DNA from: Lama guanicoe
Taxonomy: Eukaryota
NCBI GenBank assembly: GCA_013239625.1
Contig: MU055770.1
Location: 4,835,976 to 4,899,975, forward strand
Direction of reading: 5' to 3'
DNA length: 64,000 nucleotides
The notes below the pieces were generated by a model. That model did not search any database, was not told where the DNA came from, and was given only the letters and a program-made list of their open reading frames with translations. This document shows positions 61,786 to 64,000 of the stretch, piece after piece. Numbering within the stretch: the stretch's first letter is position 1; the number at the start of each line of letters is the position of its first letter. The position numbers were made by a program, and so were the translations under genes.

Positions 61786-63505
61786 GCAAGTCTGAAAAAT
61801 TTATACTTTTATTTTCAAGAAAGTTCCGTAATTATTTATGTTTATAATTAGGTCAAGTTGTTTGAAAATGGGTGAAAATTTGATGAAGTAAAATATCTTT
61901 GTCAGTGATTTTTGAAGAAAAAAATACCATATACTTTATGCATGCAAAATCATGTTTTTAAACTAGAGATGGATACAGTTTTTTTTTAAAACTAGATGTG
62001 ATAAGATGGAAGAAGTGAAAAAAAATACATAATTCTAAAATAAGGTCCCAGTGAGGTACTATTTGTTATGATATATATTAATTACAGGCGAGGCCAAATC
62101 ATATCCCAGTGATATTGTCTGAATCCCGATGAATAAATGGGGATGAAGGGGTTTGTGTGTATGGCCATTAACTTTCCACCAGGCCAACATGGGGCACCTT
62201 TCTTTCACACAGTCCCTGGCAGGTAAGATGCTGAAGCTCTTAAAAGAGGACTTTTCTGAGCCCCATCATTTAATAAGCGTTTGAGTTGCTAAGATAAAGA
62301 AAACGACTGTTGTAATCATTTGAAAGAAGTGTCCTGGGAGGAGTCAGGGTAACATTTGCCCTTTCTTTCATCTCACTCATTGTGCACCGTGAGAGACTAG
62401 CAACCGAGAGCTTCTCTAATCCTCATAGTTTCAAGTAATTATAGAGAAGGGATATTCTGTAATTTACTTCTGCAAAGAAAGAAAATTCATTATCTCTCTG
62501 GTATGGCTCAGAAATTACATTCTATCTTAATAGAACCTACATTTTTTTTTTTGTTTCACCTTTCCTGGGATCCAGGGAATCAGGATTGAGAATAAATTTA
62601 TGGTGTGATGTCTATGTATCTGTGCTGTCTATAATAAAAATTGGTTTTTTTTATGTTCCAGTTACCAGAGGTGTTGTGGTTTGTTTACTTAAAATGAAAA
62701 CAGTTTCCTCCATCAGTTACATCATGACACCACTCACTATTTGTGTAAGGCCATTAGTGTCAGGATAAGCACTTAAATATATCTCATTAAATAAAGAATT
62801 CTTTATTATTATGAACAGAAGTTTCATTTGTTTAAGAAGTAATTATTTAATCTGCCAGTATCTTATTTGCATGCCTGTAGGTTAGAGAGTGTTCACTTTT
62901 ACACTACCAAATATCTTAATCATTTTGGCAAATTCTTCTGACTCTGCTGTTTGGCATTTGGGGCTGGAAAAATTTATATTTTTTCACCTGAGAGATTTAC
63001 TGAAATAAAAAGTGTCCAGATGATGTAATATTCTTTGCCTAACATTTGTGATCACTGAAGGTAGAAACTAAGAGAGTGACTGTACAGTGTTCAAGTGAAA
63101 CAAAAAATCCTGACACTACATAGCCACAGGGGAAAGAATCCCAGTGAGATGGTGAATCTTTTTGGAAAGAGGCCTCAGGTTGCCTCTTTTGCTCCTAAAG
63201 GCATCATCCCTACCCTGTGACCTAAAGCAATCAGTCATGCTAAGTTCGGTGTTTCTTCTGTGTATTACGAACAGAACCACATTCCTTTGTTAAATATCCC
63301 CGTTTTTGCTGCTGTTTCTCCCACCCGCCGTCTAGCCCAGCCTTGTGTCTTTACTGCCTCCCTCCATATTTCCAGCTTTGACTCCTATTCATTGTCAGCG
63401 TGATTTGCCTGCGTCAAAATTATCTGTACGATGCCCAGAGCTCTTTGTGGGGTAGATTTTATGCATACGATGAAACATGAGGCACGTTGTGTTTTTACTT
63501 TATAG

Positions 63506-63655
63506 AATGAACTGGAGAATTTTCCTTTAAGCACAATCCAGCACTGCCAAGCTGTGATGCACTCCTGTAGCTATGATTCAATTCTTGCCCTGGTGTGCAA
63601 AGAGCCAACTCAGAGCAAGCCAGATCTTCATCTTTTCCAGTGTGATGAGATTAAG
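63506..63655 (+). CDS. EPS8: EPS8 exon 6 (150 nt), PTB domain: NELENFPLSTIQHCQAVMHSCSYDSILALVCKEPTQSKPDLHLFQCDEIK
   Basis: Acceptor TTTTTACTTTATAG ending at 63505; donor AAG|GTAAAA at 63656; phase 0 at both ends. Contains the PDLHLFQCDE motif of the EPS8 PTB domain (ORF 63554..63745). Confidence 0.97.
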
Positions 63656-64000
63656 GTAAAAGAGCGGTGGCTTTTCTTTCCCTTGAAGCAGATGTTCTGG
63701 CAACTTTTGATTATTTGCTACAATCCTATGACTGATAGGTCCTAGATTTTTCGTTTCTTAGGATTTTGAAAGGAGAACAAACACCTCAGTATCTTCCTTG
63801 AGGTTTCCAGTCTTAGTAAATAAAGAGGAGATTGAGTGATATTTAAAATATCAGATGCCTTCTGTTTATAAAAAAAAAATGGGTGGAGATAATGTATTAA
63901 ATTCTTCACTAAGGGACCTGGACTTATAACTAAAGATGGATTCCCCAAAAATTATGCTTCCCAGATAATAAATAATCATGCCATCCTACTTTGTTCTGCA

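Noticed and set aside
61786-61851. Extension of exon 5 ORF (ASLKNLYFYFQESSVIIYVYN)
   Set aside because: Intronic read-through past the GC donor; EPS8 similarity resumes at 63506.
1-64000. A novel multi-gene system, operon, CRISPR array or defence island
   Set aside because: This is vertebrate intronic DNA with five exons of one known gene. There are no repeat-spacer arrays, no long ORFs and no prokaryotic features.

Overview
Mammalian genomic DNA, most likely a camelid (inferred from a vic-1-type tRNA-derived SINE and camelid-type L1 3' ends). The window appears to lie entirely within the EPS8 gene (EGFR pathway substrate 8) on the + strand. Bases 1 to ~49.8 kb are the 3' part of the long upstream intron; no CpG-island first exon is seen. 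Five coding exons follow at 49864-49922, 51635-51708, 60576-60643, 61624-61785 and 63506-63655. They splice into 513 nt / 171 codons (MNGHISNHPSGFGMYPSQMNGYGSSPTFSMDREHSSRTSAKALYEQRKNYARDSVSSVSDISQYRVEHLTTFILDRKDAMITVDDGIRKLKLLDAKGKVWTQDMILQVDERAVSLIDLESKNELENFPLSTIQHCQAVMHSCSYDSILALVCKEPTQSKPDLHLFQCDEIK), covering the N-terminus and most of the PTB domain; the gene continues past the window. The rest is intron with the usual eutherian repeats (L1/HAL1, L2, MIR, ERV1/ERVL/MaLR LTRs, hAT and Tigger MITEs, microsatellites) and five N-runs inside L1 copies. Almost all ORFs in the supplied track are spurious. I found no evidence of a novel biological system. The most notable items are a GC-AG intron, a one-codon deletion in exon 3, two candidate enhancer motif clusters, a candidate alternative 5' exon, a twin-primed L1 inversion and a long hairpin MITE. 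Exon numbering, human comparisons and repeat family names are from memory of reference/consensus sequences and need alignment or RepeatMasker confirmation.
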